A DNA stretch of 64,000 bases, taken from the NCBI GenBank assembly GCA_951406725.2, contig OX597825.1, positions 8,494,001 to 8,558,000 on the forward strand, read 5' to 3'. Positions 1 through 14,081 of the stretch are shown one piece after another. How positions within the stretch are numbered: position 1 is the first letter of the stretch; each line of letters opens with the position of its first letter. A program made the position numbers and the translations under genes. Below the pieces are notes generated by a model. The model made no database searches and was not told the DNA's origin. It saw only the letters and a program-made list of their open reading frames with translations. Source of the DNA: Octopus vulgaris. Its lineage: Eukaryota.

Positions 1-356
1 CGCCTTTTAGTCGAAGAAAGCAACCCCAGGACTCATTCTTTGGAAGCTTGGTAATTATTCTATCGGCCTCTTCTGTCGAAACGCTAAGTTACGGAGACAG
101 AAACACAACGAACATCTGTTGTTAAGAGACGGTAGGAGGACAAACACAGACACAAATACACACACACATACACATACATGCACACACACATACGACGGGC
201 CTCTTTCAGCTTCCCTCTACTAAATCCACTCTCAAGGCTTTGGTCGGCCCCGGGCTATAGTAGAGTACACTTGCCCTAGGTGCCACGAAGTCGAACTGAA
301 CTCAGAACTATGTGGTTGGGAAGCAGGCTTTTTACCACACGACCACTCCTACGCCT
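1..356 (-). mobile_element. tRNA-derived SINE (family A, internal CA/TA microsatellite), 3' end cut by window edge
   Basis: Reverse strand starts aggcgtaggagtggtcgtgtggtaa (A-box-like) followed by a B-box-like segment. Alignable by eye with the copies at 27266-27676 and 33027-33449. Confidence 0.85.
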
Positions 357-1159
357 ATAAAAATCGGAAAGGAAGTTTTTGTAGGGACAACAGTGCACCA
401 AGTCTGCCGTTATTTTTGTTGATTGACCTCATACAACGAATGGTGGACATTTCGTTCCTCATATGCATGTACAAGTTTATTCATCAACATTTTATTTATT
501 GCATTCAATTCTAGAAAACGTGAAACATATCGTTGCCTGCGACATTTGGCCAATCCTCGATGCATATATGAATATATGTTTGTATGTTCAGTGGGAAATA
601 GCCCGTTAGTTTGAAATATGGGCAATTAATATATATCCATACGTCAATAGTTCCAAAAGTGGAAATTTTGTCTAAGGGATGAATCGATAATCTGGAACGC
701 CGCATTTGACTTGTACTTTAATTCATCATCCCTAAATAGATTAAGGGGTATTTTGATCCGCGTCGGATTGGATGACAACACGTAAGCGGCCAGAAGTCAT
801 ATTGTAAATCATTTTTCTGGATTGTTTAAAGTTGCTGCCAACCCACCACAATTTAATAACACAATGATAACATATGTCACTATTAAGATCTCTCAGCGAG
901 AAGAAATTTCTCGGTTTCCTATTATCAATATTTATTTTATCACGCAAACAGTGTTGTAGTACAGTCGTCAAACTTAAGAGTTAAATGTCACATTTATTGA
1001 TCTGAATTTGTCCAGTTGACTACAATTGTTGCTATGCACACATGCACGCACACACGTACACACACACACAATTGCGTAAATACACAGTCGTTATGATAGC
1101 TTTATAAAAATAACATAAAATTCATTGGAGTATTTGTGAAGACATATACCGTGTCTTAT

Positions 1160-1374
1160 TTATTGCCCACAAGGGATTAAACGTAGAAGGGACAAACAAG
1201 GACAGAGAAAGGGATTAAGTCGATTACATCGACCCCAGTGCCTAATTGGTACTTAATTTATTGACTCCGAAAGGATGAAAAGCAAAGTCGACTTCGGCGG
1301 AATTTGAACTCAGAACGTAAAGACAAGACCTAATACTGCTAAGCATTTCGCCCGGCGTGCTAACGTTTCTGCCA
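1160..1374 (-). mobile_element. tRNA-derived SINE (family B, Nin/Deu-like core)
   Basis: Reverse strand reads tggcagaaacgttagcacgccgggcgaaatgcttagc...gagttcaaattccgccgaagtcgactttgcttttcatcctttcggagtcaataaattaagtacc. Matches the copy at 14082-14301. Confidence 0.8.
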
Positions 1375-1883
1375 AACATATAAAGTAAACACTTGCCTGC
1401 TGAGGATGCTTCTGTAATCCATCTCCGATTATAAGAACCAATATCTCATCACCCTTGCGAATCAGCACTGTGGGTGCCACTGATCCTTTTAGAACTGTTA
1501 CTGCCCACCCATCAATACGTGACACGAAACCCCACTCCCCCACTACGAAATGAGCTTTGTTGAATAAAATGACGGGCGGGATACCTGTACTTACCTCATT
1601 GCTCGTTTGAGTTGCACCGATCGTTCCTTTTCTTCAGCCAACTTTTCATGAAAGAGATAAATGGCTAAATGCATGAAATGCATGAAATAATAAAGTATAA
1701 TGACAGAGAAAATACTGATCATAAGTAATACAATTGAACTCTGACTGGAATCATCCATGGTTGAGGTGATTTACAGCGATGTTGCTTCTAATTTAACTGA
1801 ACAATGATAAGTCATTCCGGACATGAATATACAATTGTTCTCATGTTAGTTCTGATGTTATCCGTCTCATTTGAATGTACTTG

Positions 1884-1897
1884 TCTATCTATATCTA

Positions 1898-1988
<91 letters not shown>

Positions 1989-2027
1989 AACTATATCTAT
2001 ATCTATATCTATCTGTCTATCTATCTG

Positions 2028-2090
<63 letters not shown>

Positions 2091-2091
2091 G

Positions 2092-2135
<44 letters not shown>

Positions 2136-2294
2136 GCTCTCTATCTATTCATCTATCTGTCTATCTGTTTGTCTGACTGTCTGTCTATCAAGCTATATAA
2201 ACTCTCTCTCTTTGTCTCTCTATCTCGTTTTCTCTCTCTCTCTCTCTCGTTTTCCCTCCCTCTCTCTCTCTATCTATCTATCTATCTCTCTCTC
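1884..2294. repeat. (TCTA)n microsatellite grading into (CT)n
   Basis: Directly visible tandem tetranucleotide. Confidence 0.97.
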
Positions 2295-2339
2295 CGCACA
2301 AACACACATCTCTTAAATATATATTTTAGGAAATAGATT

Positions 2340-2840
2340 AATCCGACGTGGCCAGAAAACATTGCAAAAATATACTGGAATATTATTGTGGCCTGGGATG
2401 TCAACTGAAATTGTGGTTTCAAAATAACTGGTAGTTGTTGCATTTGGCTCATCATCCAAAATTCTACCTAAAATACTGAAATTGATTGGAATCGAGAATG
2501 ACACTGTCGACTTCTGCAAAGGTACTCTCCTATATTTTACAAGTAGGGTAAGGAATATTCTTTAGAAATGCAGAGACTTGTTGTCACCAAACCTCAACAT
2601 AACAACCCTACTAATGAAATTAGCTCGTACTAGCTTCATAACACATAAATACGTACATAAATGCAACTGCATCGCAACCTACAGCTTCGATATCCAGATT
2701 ACAAATTCACTTATAATAATTGGTGCACTTGGTTTTGTGTGTAAATGCTGAAGTGACAATCTGGATAAGCCAGGATTTTCATAGGAAATAACAAAAAACA
2801 ACTATCTTACTGTCATATTACAAATACAATCTCTAAGTAA
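2340..2840 (+). pseudogene. Possible highly degraded Gypsy-type LTR retrotransposon integrase fragment
   Basis: Translation KTLQKY..LLWPGMSTEI resembles the integrase zinc-finger-region WPGM motif, and there is a downstream NYLTV-like segment. Many stops; weak. Confidence 0.25.
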
Positions 2841-2960
2841 AAGAGTGAAAGTTTTTTTTTCAATGTGACATTCTTTTTATGCCTACATAGCAACGATGTA
2901 ACTTTGTATCGTTGTTAGAAACCAGCTCCTTATTCAAAGAACGAATTTGTATAATTAAAG

Positions 2961-3134
<174 letters not shown>

Positions 3135-4995
3135 GTGATGGCTGAATGTTCCCTGCAGAGTTTAATTTTTTCTTGTCAAACACACCGAGATTCATACTCA
3201 GAAAATATTTGATATTTTTCTTTCAAGCTTAAATTGCTGCCCTTTTGGCTACCATTTATCAATTAAATTTATGTAATAAAAATCATTTCCAAAATGAACA
3301 TAAGCTCTATGCAGCTAAAATATACTCCCAATTCTGAAAATAAGTGAAAAGGAGTCAAACACACCGAAATTCATACTCACAAAATGAAGAATAACGGTTC
3401 CCTCTGAAAGATGTTTTGTTCTTAGTTTGAACATATTCTCCGCTATAAATATTTAGTGGAATATATTAATCATTGTTAATATGAAACCACAGAGTGCTTC
3501 CCACTCGCACATAATGAATAATAGCATTTATTACTATCGTTTAAAGTGAGCATCTATGTTTATTTTTGTTACTCAAGCCACCATTATATAATTCTTTATG
3601 CATGAATTAAGTTTTTTGTTCTTCGCTAAAAATGTTTTTATTTTAATTGAGTTTTCTTTAAACAACCTCTTAACATTTCCCTCCATTCTCCTACGTCTAA
3701 AAAATAGCATTCGTTATATTAATAAGAATTTCAATAATAACAATAACTACAACAACGATATAACAAAATACAATGATCTCTACGACCTTGGCATTTTTCT
3801 TGTTTGACAAGTTAATGTCATGCACTAGTTATTGCCATGATTTCCTGCACTAAAACATCCATTATTTTCTGACATTTGAAACGATTATAATCTTCACAGT
3901 ATTTTTCATCTTCATCTCTATCCTGTCTTTCTTTCCGTTGATCTCTTCCACATTATTTTTAGCATTTATTCATTTAATACGCACTTTCCTCATTTCAAAA
4001 TATTTCATATGATTCCTCAATATTGACGACGTCTGTTTTCCGCCACCTCTCTTTCATTTAAACAGCCATGTGCTAAAGGCGTAGTTCTTTATTGCAAGAT
4101 GTGGTAGTTTCCTCTACAATTATCATAGAATCTCATTCACTTTTTGTCACTCTCAGTTCCAGGATTTCATCTGTTTGTCAATATATTAAACGCAGTGCTA
4201 CTTTTTACCTCAGGATCGTGAAAGTTCCATTCCTTGTCACCCAATAGAAGTAAAAAGATACTGTTTCTTCAGATTGTACATCATTAAAATCAAATCTATT
4301 TTCTTTAAACAAAACATAACTGCTTCTGAAAATATTTCATGTCAGCGTAAAGTTTAAAATGCAGCAAATAATTTCCAAGTCATAGATAGCTTTTTGTGAA
4401 ACACTTAAGTAATTAAAATTCAATTTCAGAAATAAATTAGAGATCCTAATTTATCATCGAATGTACACTGTGAGATACGATAGAAGAATATATCAGACAT
4501 TGCACAATGCACGATATGATATCAGTAGCAAAACGTGTAGAATATATTGTTTCCTCGGTCATACGAACCGAGTAACTCATTAACCGTAATTGATTTACAA
4601 AAACACTATTAAATGTTATCTTCACATGCACATATTGATGTACAAGTATGTACAGGTCTTTTAGCATATATGTACATCCACATATCTATAAACAGTTGCA
4701 TATATGCCGATACATACACACACGCACACAGACATATACAGCGGGAGATGTTTATAAAAGCTTATCTATATATGTGAATAAGCATTTTGTAACAATATAT
4801 TACGTAGCAGCGCTATTAGGTTATATTATTTGTATTGCCTTTATTGCTATGGTTGAAATGTGGTTTAAATATAAGGCATATTTAAGTAGTACATTTTTCA
4901 TTATATTACCATACAGCGTGTAATAATTTTATATACAGCAACGAACGAGAATCAGTTTGATCTTATACTATGTCTAACAATACTATTCTTGTCAG

Positions 4996-5061
<66 letters not shown>

Positions 5062-5076
5062 GAAGAAGAAGAAAGA

Positions 5077-5459
5077 AGAAAATATAAAGACCTACTCATT
5101 GAAATTGAGAAAATGTGGCATCTCAAGGCGGTTACAATACCAGTGATCGTAGGAGCACTAGGAATGATCAAGAAGGGAACCGAAAATTATATGAGAATGA
5201 TCCCTGGCTTACCATCCCTGCAAGAAGTGCAAAAGATTGTCTTAACTGGTACATCACACGTATTGAGAAGAGCATTGTCGATGTGAGATCTGTTGCTGCT
5301 CCTGTAATTTAATTTAACTTAAAAAAAAAAAAAAAATGAACGAACTACTGAGTTTGGTTTAATGGCCTACCAATGTATACTATGAGTTTCTTCGCCCTAG
5401 GAGTCGGGAAGACACTCGGCAAGAAATGGAAGCAAATTTGAAAGAAGAAAAAAAATAAA

Positions 5460-5460
<1 letters not shown>
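5077..5460 (+). mobile_element. R4/Dong-type non-LTR retrotransposon 3' end (REL endonuclease C-terminus + 3' UTR), fragment 1
   Basis: Frame reads KYKDLLIEIEKMWHLKAVTIPVIVGALGMIKKG...VQKIVLTGTSHVLRRALSM* (stop 5284-5286). Flanked by (TAA)n on both sides. Confidence 0.8.
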
Positions 5461-5522
<62 letters not shown>

Positions 5523-5569
5523 AAATAACAATAATAATAACAATAATAATAATAACAACAACAAAATAA

Positions 5570-5870
5570 CATGTTGACATGTGGTATAAGTGCCACCCAG
5601 AGTCTATAACTGGAGAATAAAACGTAACGATTCTTTGTGACTTTCTAGCACATAGAGACAAAACCATCAAAGCTAATAAACCGGATATTCTTGTGAAAGA
5701 CCAAACCAAAGAAGTATATTTATTGATCGACATGAGTATTTCTTGTGATCAAAATAACATGGAAAAAGAATTTGAGAAGCTTAGAAAATATAAGGAAATG
5801 CTCCTTGATTTCCATAAAAACAAGGCACCTGAAGGCGGTTACCACAGCAGATATTGTAGGAGTACTTAGA
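5570..5870 (+). mobile_element. R4/Dong-type REL-LINE fragment 2
   Basis: WYKCHPES...VTILCDF...KANKPDILVKD...LLIDMSI...EKLRKYKE shows the PD..D..K restriction-like endonuclease signature. Followed by a short (TAA)n. Confidence 0.75.
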
Positions 5871-5899
5871 ATAACAATAATAATAATAATGTCTTCACA

Positions 5900-6420
5900 G
5901 GCACGACAAAGTTGGGAACTATAAACACTGGAAGCTATGCCAACATTATGGAATAACAACAGAGAAATATGGTATAGGAACACGCCAGAAAAGATCACAG
6001 AAAATGAGAAAGTCACCATACAATGGGATATTTCAATACACGCAGATAGAGAAATTGAGACCAGTAGGACGGATATAGTTCTCAGATATCATCAAGAAAA
6101 AATATGTTTTCTAATCGACGTAAAAGACAACAATGTTTTTCTAAAATAAATTAAGAAACTTTGAAAATGCAAAGACCTAGAAATAGAAGTAACTCGAATG
6201 TGGAGTCTAAAAACAGAAACAATTCCTCTCATAATAGGCGCATTAGTTATGATAAAAAAATTTCATACAAGTACATAAAAAACACACCAGGACTAACATG
6301 TATATGTAACATACGGAAAATGGCATTACTATGCACCGTACACATCCTACGTAAAACACTTTCGATTCTTTAACAAAACGAGCATCATAACAAACTACAG
6401 CTCATACCCAAGGCACACAG
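5900..6420 (+). mobile_element. R4/Dong-type REL-LINE fragment 3
   Basis: WYRNTPEKITENEKVTIQWDISIHADREI..RTDIVL...CFLIDV, KCKDLEIEVTRMWSLKTETIPLIIGAL and KMALLCTVHILRKTLS, with stops and frameshifts. Confidence 0.75.
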
Positions 6421-6421
6421 A

Positions 6422-6968
6422 GAAAAGACATAACAACTAGGAAGTGTAATCCACTGGGAATCAAGTAGAAAGCTAGGATTTGACTATACAGATAAATGGT
6501 ATAAACCTGAACGGCGTAAAGTATAAGAAAATAAGAAATACAAGATGCTGTGAGACTTTAACGTTCAGACTAAAAGAGTAATAGAAGTTAGAAAACCTGA
6601 TTTAGTAATAGTACATAAAAATAATAGAAAATGCCATATAACTGACTTTACAGCCCCAAATAAAGAATATGGGAGGTATAGGAAAAATAGGACCAGTACC
6701 TAGCCGTTGAATTACGGAGCCTATAGAAAGTACGGATAAGATGTATCCCAGCAGTCATAGGTGCATTCAGAACTATCCATAAAGATTCGACCAGTTGGAT
6801 AGAAGAAATAGGCATAAAACCCAGTTTAGTACAGTTCCAGAAAAAACTGTGTTATTAGGGGGCAGCTAGGATACTTAGGAGGGCTCCTAGCATATGAGGT
6901 TACTTGCTGTAGCCCGATGTTGGGATTTTTTTTCTTTCCAACGTCTAATATGTTGTGGGCGTGTGAGT
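6422..6968 (+). mobile_element. R4/Dong-type REL-LINE fragment 4
   Basis: KRHN..VIHWE...KWYK...DFNVQT..VIEVRKPDLVIV...ITDF...IPAVIGAF...KTVLLGAARILRR, then a 3' UTR ending in taataataat. Confidence 0.75.
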
Positions 6969-7270
6969 AATAATAATGACGATGGTGTTGATGATGATGA
7001 TGATGTTGGTGATGATGATGATGATGATGACAAGGAGGAGGAGTAGGAGGAGTTGGTGGACGAGGAGGATAACTAAATTCATACTGTAAATAAGACATAT
7101 AAATGGAACCGTAGACACAGGTAATGATTGTGGTGCATAGTGAAGATATTTCTAGAGTAGGAAAGTGTGAAACTGGGTCAATCTCCATAATAAGCTAATG
7201 TATGGAAGCTCTTAATTGAAGTGTTGCCTTGTAAATGAAAAATCGATGTCTATAATGTTTACCTAGAGAA

Positions 7271-7314
<44 letters not shown>

Positions 7315-7389
7315 GTACATATATGTGTGTGTGTCAGTACGAGTTATATGTATATTATATACATATACATACATAGGTATGTATGTATG

Positions 7390-7460
<71 letters not shown>

Positions 7461-7497
7461 GTACTTGTCTCTATGAGAGATTTAGAAATTTAGTATT

Positions 7498-7538
<41 letters not shown>

Positions 7539-7699
7539 GAATATACATGTATGCACATATACATACGTATATGTATATATTTACATGTATACGTATATAC
7601 ATATGCGTAGGTGGGCACATGGCGTCACAAAATGTCAAGATCATAAAATGCGAAATATGAATACATGGAATATGAACTGTTTTGCGAACATATATTCTT

Positions 7700-8355
7700 A
7701 TATTCCTTGATTTATTTTTATTGTTGCTTAATATGTTTTGCTAAAATTGCTATTACTTTTCAGGCATCATCAGAAAAAGGTAATTAAAATTCAATTCATT
7801 AAAATGACAGATCTATCAGACTTTCAAATATGTCGAATTGTTGGTGTTCGTATGACAGCCACTAACGTAATGAAAACAGCCGAAATGTTTGGTGTATCAA
7901 GAAGATCTGTCTGGAAAATAATGACAGCCTTTGAGAAAGAGGGGAAAAACCTCCTCGTCCAAATAAAACTCCGGAAGAAAGCCAACATTTTTCAGATAAC
8001 GACCGTCGGATTTTTACGTGAAGTGTTAGAAACGATCACAAAAGTACAGCTCCCAAAATTACTACAGAGCTTAATAACCACCTCAATAACCCAGTATCCA
8101 CAAAAACTGTTTGCCGGGAGCTGCACAAACCCGCATTTCACGAGAGGGCTGCAAACAGAAAACCACTACTTTCAAAAACAAACGTTGCAAAGCGTTTAGT
8201 GTGGAGTAAAAACCTGCATAATTGGTCCCAAGAGCAGTGGAAGAATGTTCTTTTTTCTGACGAGTCACACTTTACCTTACTTCCGACTACTGGTCGAGTA
8301 TACGTCTGGAGACAGCCAAAAGAAGCATTTGACCCAGATTGCCTTCTTCCAAATA
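7700..8355 (+). pseudogene. Tc1-like DD34E transposase fragment (frameshifted, 3'-truncated)
   Basis: MTDLSDFQ..RIVG...TAEMFGVSR.SV.KIM (paired-like HTH) from ATG 7804, plus WSQEQWKNVLFSDESHF...GRVYVWRQPKE containing the first catalytic D. Confidence 0.88.
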
Positions 8356-8503
8356 TCAACAATTCTCAACAATCATTCTTGTTCTACTGCAATGCTTTGG
8401 GGGATCCAGATTTCTCAAAGCCTTGATTGGAACTCCTTTCTTCAATACCAGCTTGTGAGAAGGCATTCCGGGATAATCCAAAGAGTTAAGAAACTCAGTA
8501 GTT
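8356..8503 (-). pseudogene. Helitron Pif1-type helicase fragment
   Basis: TEFLNSLDYPGMPSHKLVLKKGVPIKALRNLDPPKHCSRTRMIV matches the conserved Helitron/Pif1 segment EFLNSL.P.GLPPH.L.LK.G.PIMLLRNL.P...CNGTRL.V. Confidence 0.82.
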
Positions 8504-8596
8504 ATTATTATAGAATACATAAACGTACACACACACACGCACACACACACACACACACATGCACATGCACACACCCACACATATATATATACACAC

Positions 8597-8747
8597 AAAT
8601 TTCCACGAATCGCAAGGATGCCGAAAAGCATCAACCCGCTAGACATACGAGCTAAAGTCTTAATTAAACGACCATAAAGACTTACGGTGGTTTCGTAAAT
8701 CTAGCGGGTTGATGCTTTTCGGCATCCTTACGCTTCGTGATAATTTT
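8597..8747. repeat. Short inverted repeat (~47-bp arms), MITE-like or inverted retroelement terminus
   Basis: cacgaatcgcaaggatgccgaaaagcatcaacccgctaga versus tctagcgggttgatgcttttcggcatccttacgcttcgtg. Confidence 0.85.
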
Positions 8748-8872
8748 ATTATATGTTATTTACCTGCAAACAACTATGTTACTACTGTTGATGTCATCAA
8801 TATAAAATTTTGTCTGCAGATTATATTAACAGTAGTGACATCTTATTTCAAATCTTAGTGCTTGAAAGTTTC

Positions 8873-8952
<80 letters not shown>

Positions 8953-8956
<4 letters not shown>

Positions 8957-9121
8957 AGAATTCGTAAAAATACAAAAGAAGATGAGAGGCGGTGTTGACA
9001 ACAAACAGATGTATTAGTGTAACACTCGGGAAGTAAAAATGTCTTAAACATTTCTAGCCTACGCTCTTCCACGGAAAGAAATAAGGAGAGAAAATTAAGA
9101 ATGCGCAATGGCTAGCGAGCT

Positions 9122-9125
<4 letters not shown>
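8953..9125 (-). mobile_element. Small (TA)n-embedded element, probable Penelope-like terminus with a degenerate hammerhead motif (9043-9078)
   Basis: Bounded by (TA)n on both sides. Reverse strand reads cttt-ccgtgga-a-gagc gtag gcta-gaaa-tg-tt-taag. Similar to the element at 28255-28430. Confidence 0.5.
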
Positions 9126-9186
<61 letters not shown>

Positions 9187-9775
9187 TTTAGTTCAATTTA
9201 AATTCTTCAAAGCGTCGCCTCGGCGTAGTCATATTCTGATGACCGAAAAACTTAGAAGAACCACTAAATTCCTTAGGAAAATATTAGGCTAAGGGAAGTA
9301 ACTCTTGTTCCACTATCTCAGTAATACTATGGCACCTGAAGCCTCTCGTGATCGCTTTACCTGCTAGAAATAGCAACCCAAATGTTTCTAAATCAGATCC
9401 TAACGTTGGCTGTTTAAGAACCAAATGAAAGATAGATTTTTAATCTCAGGATCATCCTCATTCGAAAAGGGTATAATACGTCTATTTAGAACAAATGTTG
9501 ACTGAGATAAAGGGGTGAGATTGACAGAATTGCACTTTTATTTATATTGATATATCTTTAATGTGTTCCTCTGTTTTCTGTCTTAGTTGGAACTGGGTTC
9601 ATCTGTTTCTCCCTCTCAAACCCGAGTCACTCTATAACCTCTTTCTCTGTCACTCCGTCTGTCTTTCTCTTCCTCCCTCCCCCTCTCTCACTGTGTCGGC
9701 ATTAATTTCAGTTTAGTATATATAAATTAATCCTAGCCATCAAGAGATGCTCAGCATTATTTTTTCGCGTTAATC

Positions 9776-9930
9776 TGGTGAGCTGGGAATTAATCTGTAC
9801 ATCAGAGAGAACGCTTGGCCGCATTTCGTCCGCCATCATATGTGAAGTTCAAGTTGCGCCCAAGCACTGGTGTTAGTGTAATCGAATTGTCACCCCCTCC
9901 AATGTTGCTAGCCTTGTGCAAAAATTTGAA
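9776..9930 (+). mobile_element. Degenerate SINE family B copy
   Basis: Starts ggtgagctggg and later has gtaatcga...ccccctcc...gccttgtgc, as in 14082-14301. Confidence 0.5.
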
Positions 9931-10680
9931 ACCACCGTTTCTTCACGTAAAAACAGTGCTTTATATTCCCAAACCCTACATTCTCACAAAACACTGGCAT
10001 TTGATCCGCAAGAATAATTGTAATGGATTACTTTCAAAGATTACAAAATACTTTATCATAATTAAATTGCTACTTTAAGAGTGTTATACACGAACCAAAA
10101 CATTTTCCACCTGGAAAAGTATACAATGGACTTTTCCTCCTAATTGCTATTCCTTCTTTTCTCTACATAATATTTTAATTATATTCAGTTTCTAAGTATA
10201 TATTACTTTCTAGGCAGACTTAAAGACATTTTGTATTTTTTTTTTATCTTCTTACAATCGCCTATTCAATGAAAGAGTTTGGATTTCTCTTATCGGATTT
10301 CACAATTTTAGGCTTATTAATGTTTATCTTTAAATCTCAAAGCATGATTATTTCAACTAAGATTATATAAAATGCTTTGTATATATTCTTAAACAATTAT
10401 ACTCATATACTCATGTATAAATGTTTGATATGTTTTAAAATTTCCAAGTATAAAAACTAGGGAGAGTAAGCTTCTACTGATGGTGGGTCTATACATTAAG
10501 TAGATTTAAATTCCTTCACCATATTACAAATAACGGCGAAATACACATGTTTTAGCTAAGCAGTTTATTGAAGCATAGGGATACAAGGACATGTCTGTGT
10601 GTATGCATGTAAATATGTATGTGTGTATGTTTGTCGTCATATTATTCTGCATGTGTGTGCGATGGTGTGAGAATATATGC

Positions 10681-10791
10681 AGGTGCGTATGACCTAACGG
10701 TTAAGAAATTCGCTACGAAATAACAAGCTACGGGATCGAACCCAATGCATGGCACCTTCGGCAAAATTCCATCTCTATCGCCTCGGACCGA
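10681..10791 (+). mobile_element. Degenerate SINE family A 5' head
   Basis: tRNA-like head followed by ggcacctt-ggcaa...gcctcggaccgac. Confidence 0.5.
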
Positions 10792-11442
10792 CACATCAGT
10801 GATTGCTTATGATTATGTGTATGCATGTATGTGCGTGCGTGTATGCGTGTGCATGTATGTACGAATATGTGTATGTGCGTTTGTGTGTGTGTGAATGTGT
10901 ATGGCCCTGTGTATACTTGCATGTGAACGTGCCTATTTTTCTTTAAATGTTACCACGAAGAACTTTTTCACCTCTAGATGTGCTTCTTTATTTTCAGGTA
11001 GGTAATCGGAACGCTACTTAAAAAATAACCTATACGCATGAATAGCGATACAAGTATTACAAGTAAGCATTTATTATTATTATTATTTATTTATCAGTTT
11101 TGCATTTATTACGTTTCGTAAATTGCAATATTACAGAGACAACTTATATGAGAAGAGACTTCAAGATAAAATTCCAGACATGTTCTTAACTATGCACAAA
11201 ATATGTGAACAAACTCTTTTTAATTTCTAATTTCTTCTTGATAAATTCTTTCTGATTTCATAACTTTTCGATTCGAATTTTTAGTAATTCATGAGTTGGA
11301 CACATTAAAACCACTAATATTTCATAGAATTCACTTAATGAAACAAATATATAACAAGAATTCTTTAAACATACTTTCATGCTCTTTCTACCTTTACTTT
11401 TTAACATTAACCTTTGATCTGTATGGATTCGTAACACTTATT

Positions 11443-11975
<533 letters not shown>

Positions 11976-11978
<3 letters not shown>

Positions 11979-12175
11979 TTGTTTGTTTCCCACCACCGCT
12001 GGAAAACCGGCGTCGGTGTCTTTATGTCCCTGTAACTTCTGCAAAAGTAATAAACTGAATAGGTGCAAAATGAAAATATTCCATAATGTCTTTCGACTAA
12101 AATTCCTAAAATTCTTGAAAGCAGCGCTCCAGCGTGGCCGCTGTCTGATGACTGAAACAACTAAACGAATAAAAT
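11976..12175 (+). mobile_element. SINE family A 3' half (degenerate)
   Basis: ccaccaccgctgga...gctccagcgtggccgc...tgactgaaac...taaa tail. Confidence 0.7.
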
Positions 12176-14081
12176 AATATATATGTATATATACTTACGC
12201 ACATATACTTATGTGTATTCGTGTATGTGTAACAAAAGAAAACAAGTGATTCGACATAAAATATTTAGTAACAACATTTTACGTACGTTTCATTAACAAC
12301 ATCTAGTATTGGATATTTAATGCAAAACGCATAATCAAAATTCATTGTGAAGTTTTTAGAGATATATATCCTTTATACTTCTCCTTCTAGCTGAAGGATC
12401 CATCATAGTGATAGCACGTGAGTGGTGAGATGAAAACCAGTATAAAATACATATCATGGAGGGAAAGAAAAAGAAGACGAGTCTTCTAAAAAGGTAAAAA
12501 AGATGAAATGAGTTGACAAATGTCTGAATATATTATATACATATTCAGGAACCCTATAGTGTCTAACTTATTGTAAGAACTAATAAGAAAATACAAAAAT
12601 AACCGTGCATTTCATGATGTATACAAGCACACACTTACTCAGATATACATATATTTGTATGTATGTATAAGTTCACTTTCACACCATAGTCTCACGCACG
12701 CACATCCCTGTATGTTTACAAATATAACTAATAGACATGTATATATATTTTTTGTGTATATTCCTCTATGATGTGTATTTTTCTGCCTGCGTTCGCTTGT
12801 CCTTTACATTTTGTATATGTTTATGTATGTCTTTATGCGTGTATGTGCTTTGTGTGTGTGTGTGTTAAGTGTGTAAATGTGTATACTTATGCATATGAGC
12901 TCCTGTGCGTGAATTTGAATGCACAAAAGTCGGTCCATATAATCAAATTGCTTGGCGATATTGTATTCGTCTTAGACCCACTTAATTTCTTACCCGGGCA
13001 GAATATACTTTGCAATGATATAACTATTATCAACAAAAAAAAAATAAACATAAAAATAAGAAACAACAACACAAATATTTTCATATTCAGCTTCATAATG
13101 TGAAAATTATCTGCATGCATTCTACTCATCATCAGTGTATATTATTAATATGTATAAAACCAGAAAGCCTTATTTCTATCCGAAATATTCAAAAACAAAC
13201 TCCATCCATGTATCGGAAAGAATAGATTGCCGTCTTTATGAAAGAGTGGATGTAATTGAAAACTCATTTGATGCATCGCTGAAGACCTCCGTTATTTCCA
13301 TTTTTTATTCTATGTTTCTTGTCTAACTTTGCTGACAAAGGCTATGATTAATATATTGTATATATTCTGCATGAAGACATTAATTGAACCTTTCATTTCT
13401 TTATTTATTTCTTGATAATTTTCCAGAAATAATTATTTGACCCACTTAACAGCCTGTATGAAAATATTCGGAGTGATTTATGTGAGTTATCAACTTACTC
13501 TAAGCTCTGCGACACGGAGTTTAAGAGCTACTTGTTACGAACGTAGTTCGGCACTTGACCCGAACCATTTTGGTCTTGTACAACTAATAATGCTACTAAC
13601 AAAGGAGGGATGAAAATAAATGAATACGATAATAAGTTTTAGAAAATTTTAAATTGAAGATCTTTCGAAATTTTTTAAATGGAAAAAGGTTGGAATTTCT
13701 GCAATATAAAAATGTTCGTTTATAGAGCACTGAATGTTGAAATCAAAATATATCGCTCAATCAATATGCATTCACTAGTTTGGGTGAGCATGTGTCGCGA
13801 AGAAAGGATTTAACAATCCTCGTGAGCGCCGATTGAAAAATGAGAAAAGATGGACGAATTTTAAAACGGAGAAGAGTAAGGTGAGGTATTTTACGGTGAA
13901 AGGAAATGATGCAAGCAACAGACATCATCGGTAGAAACGCCAAAGAAAGATTTCCATTGCGATTGTAATTCCCTTTGCACACTGAAAGAAAATGGATTGC
14001 AGGGAATTTGTGTGTATGTAGCAAAAGAAACCCTTTCCACTTATAAATACAGGAGTGTTAAAATAATATTAAGGGAAATTA

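Noticed and set aside
1804-2336. Long ORFs of LSIY/YIYI/THTH/poly-I/poly-L type (also at 11296-12177, 29939-30551, 37229-37849, 54196-54610 and elsewhere)
   Set aside because: They are translations of stop-free microsatellites, not genes.
12140-12160. ctgatga...gaaa motif (also 9237, 60950, 62868)
   Set aside because: There is no room or pairing for stems II/I. These are SINE tail sequence or chance matches.
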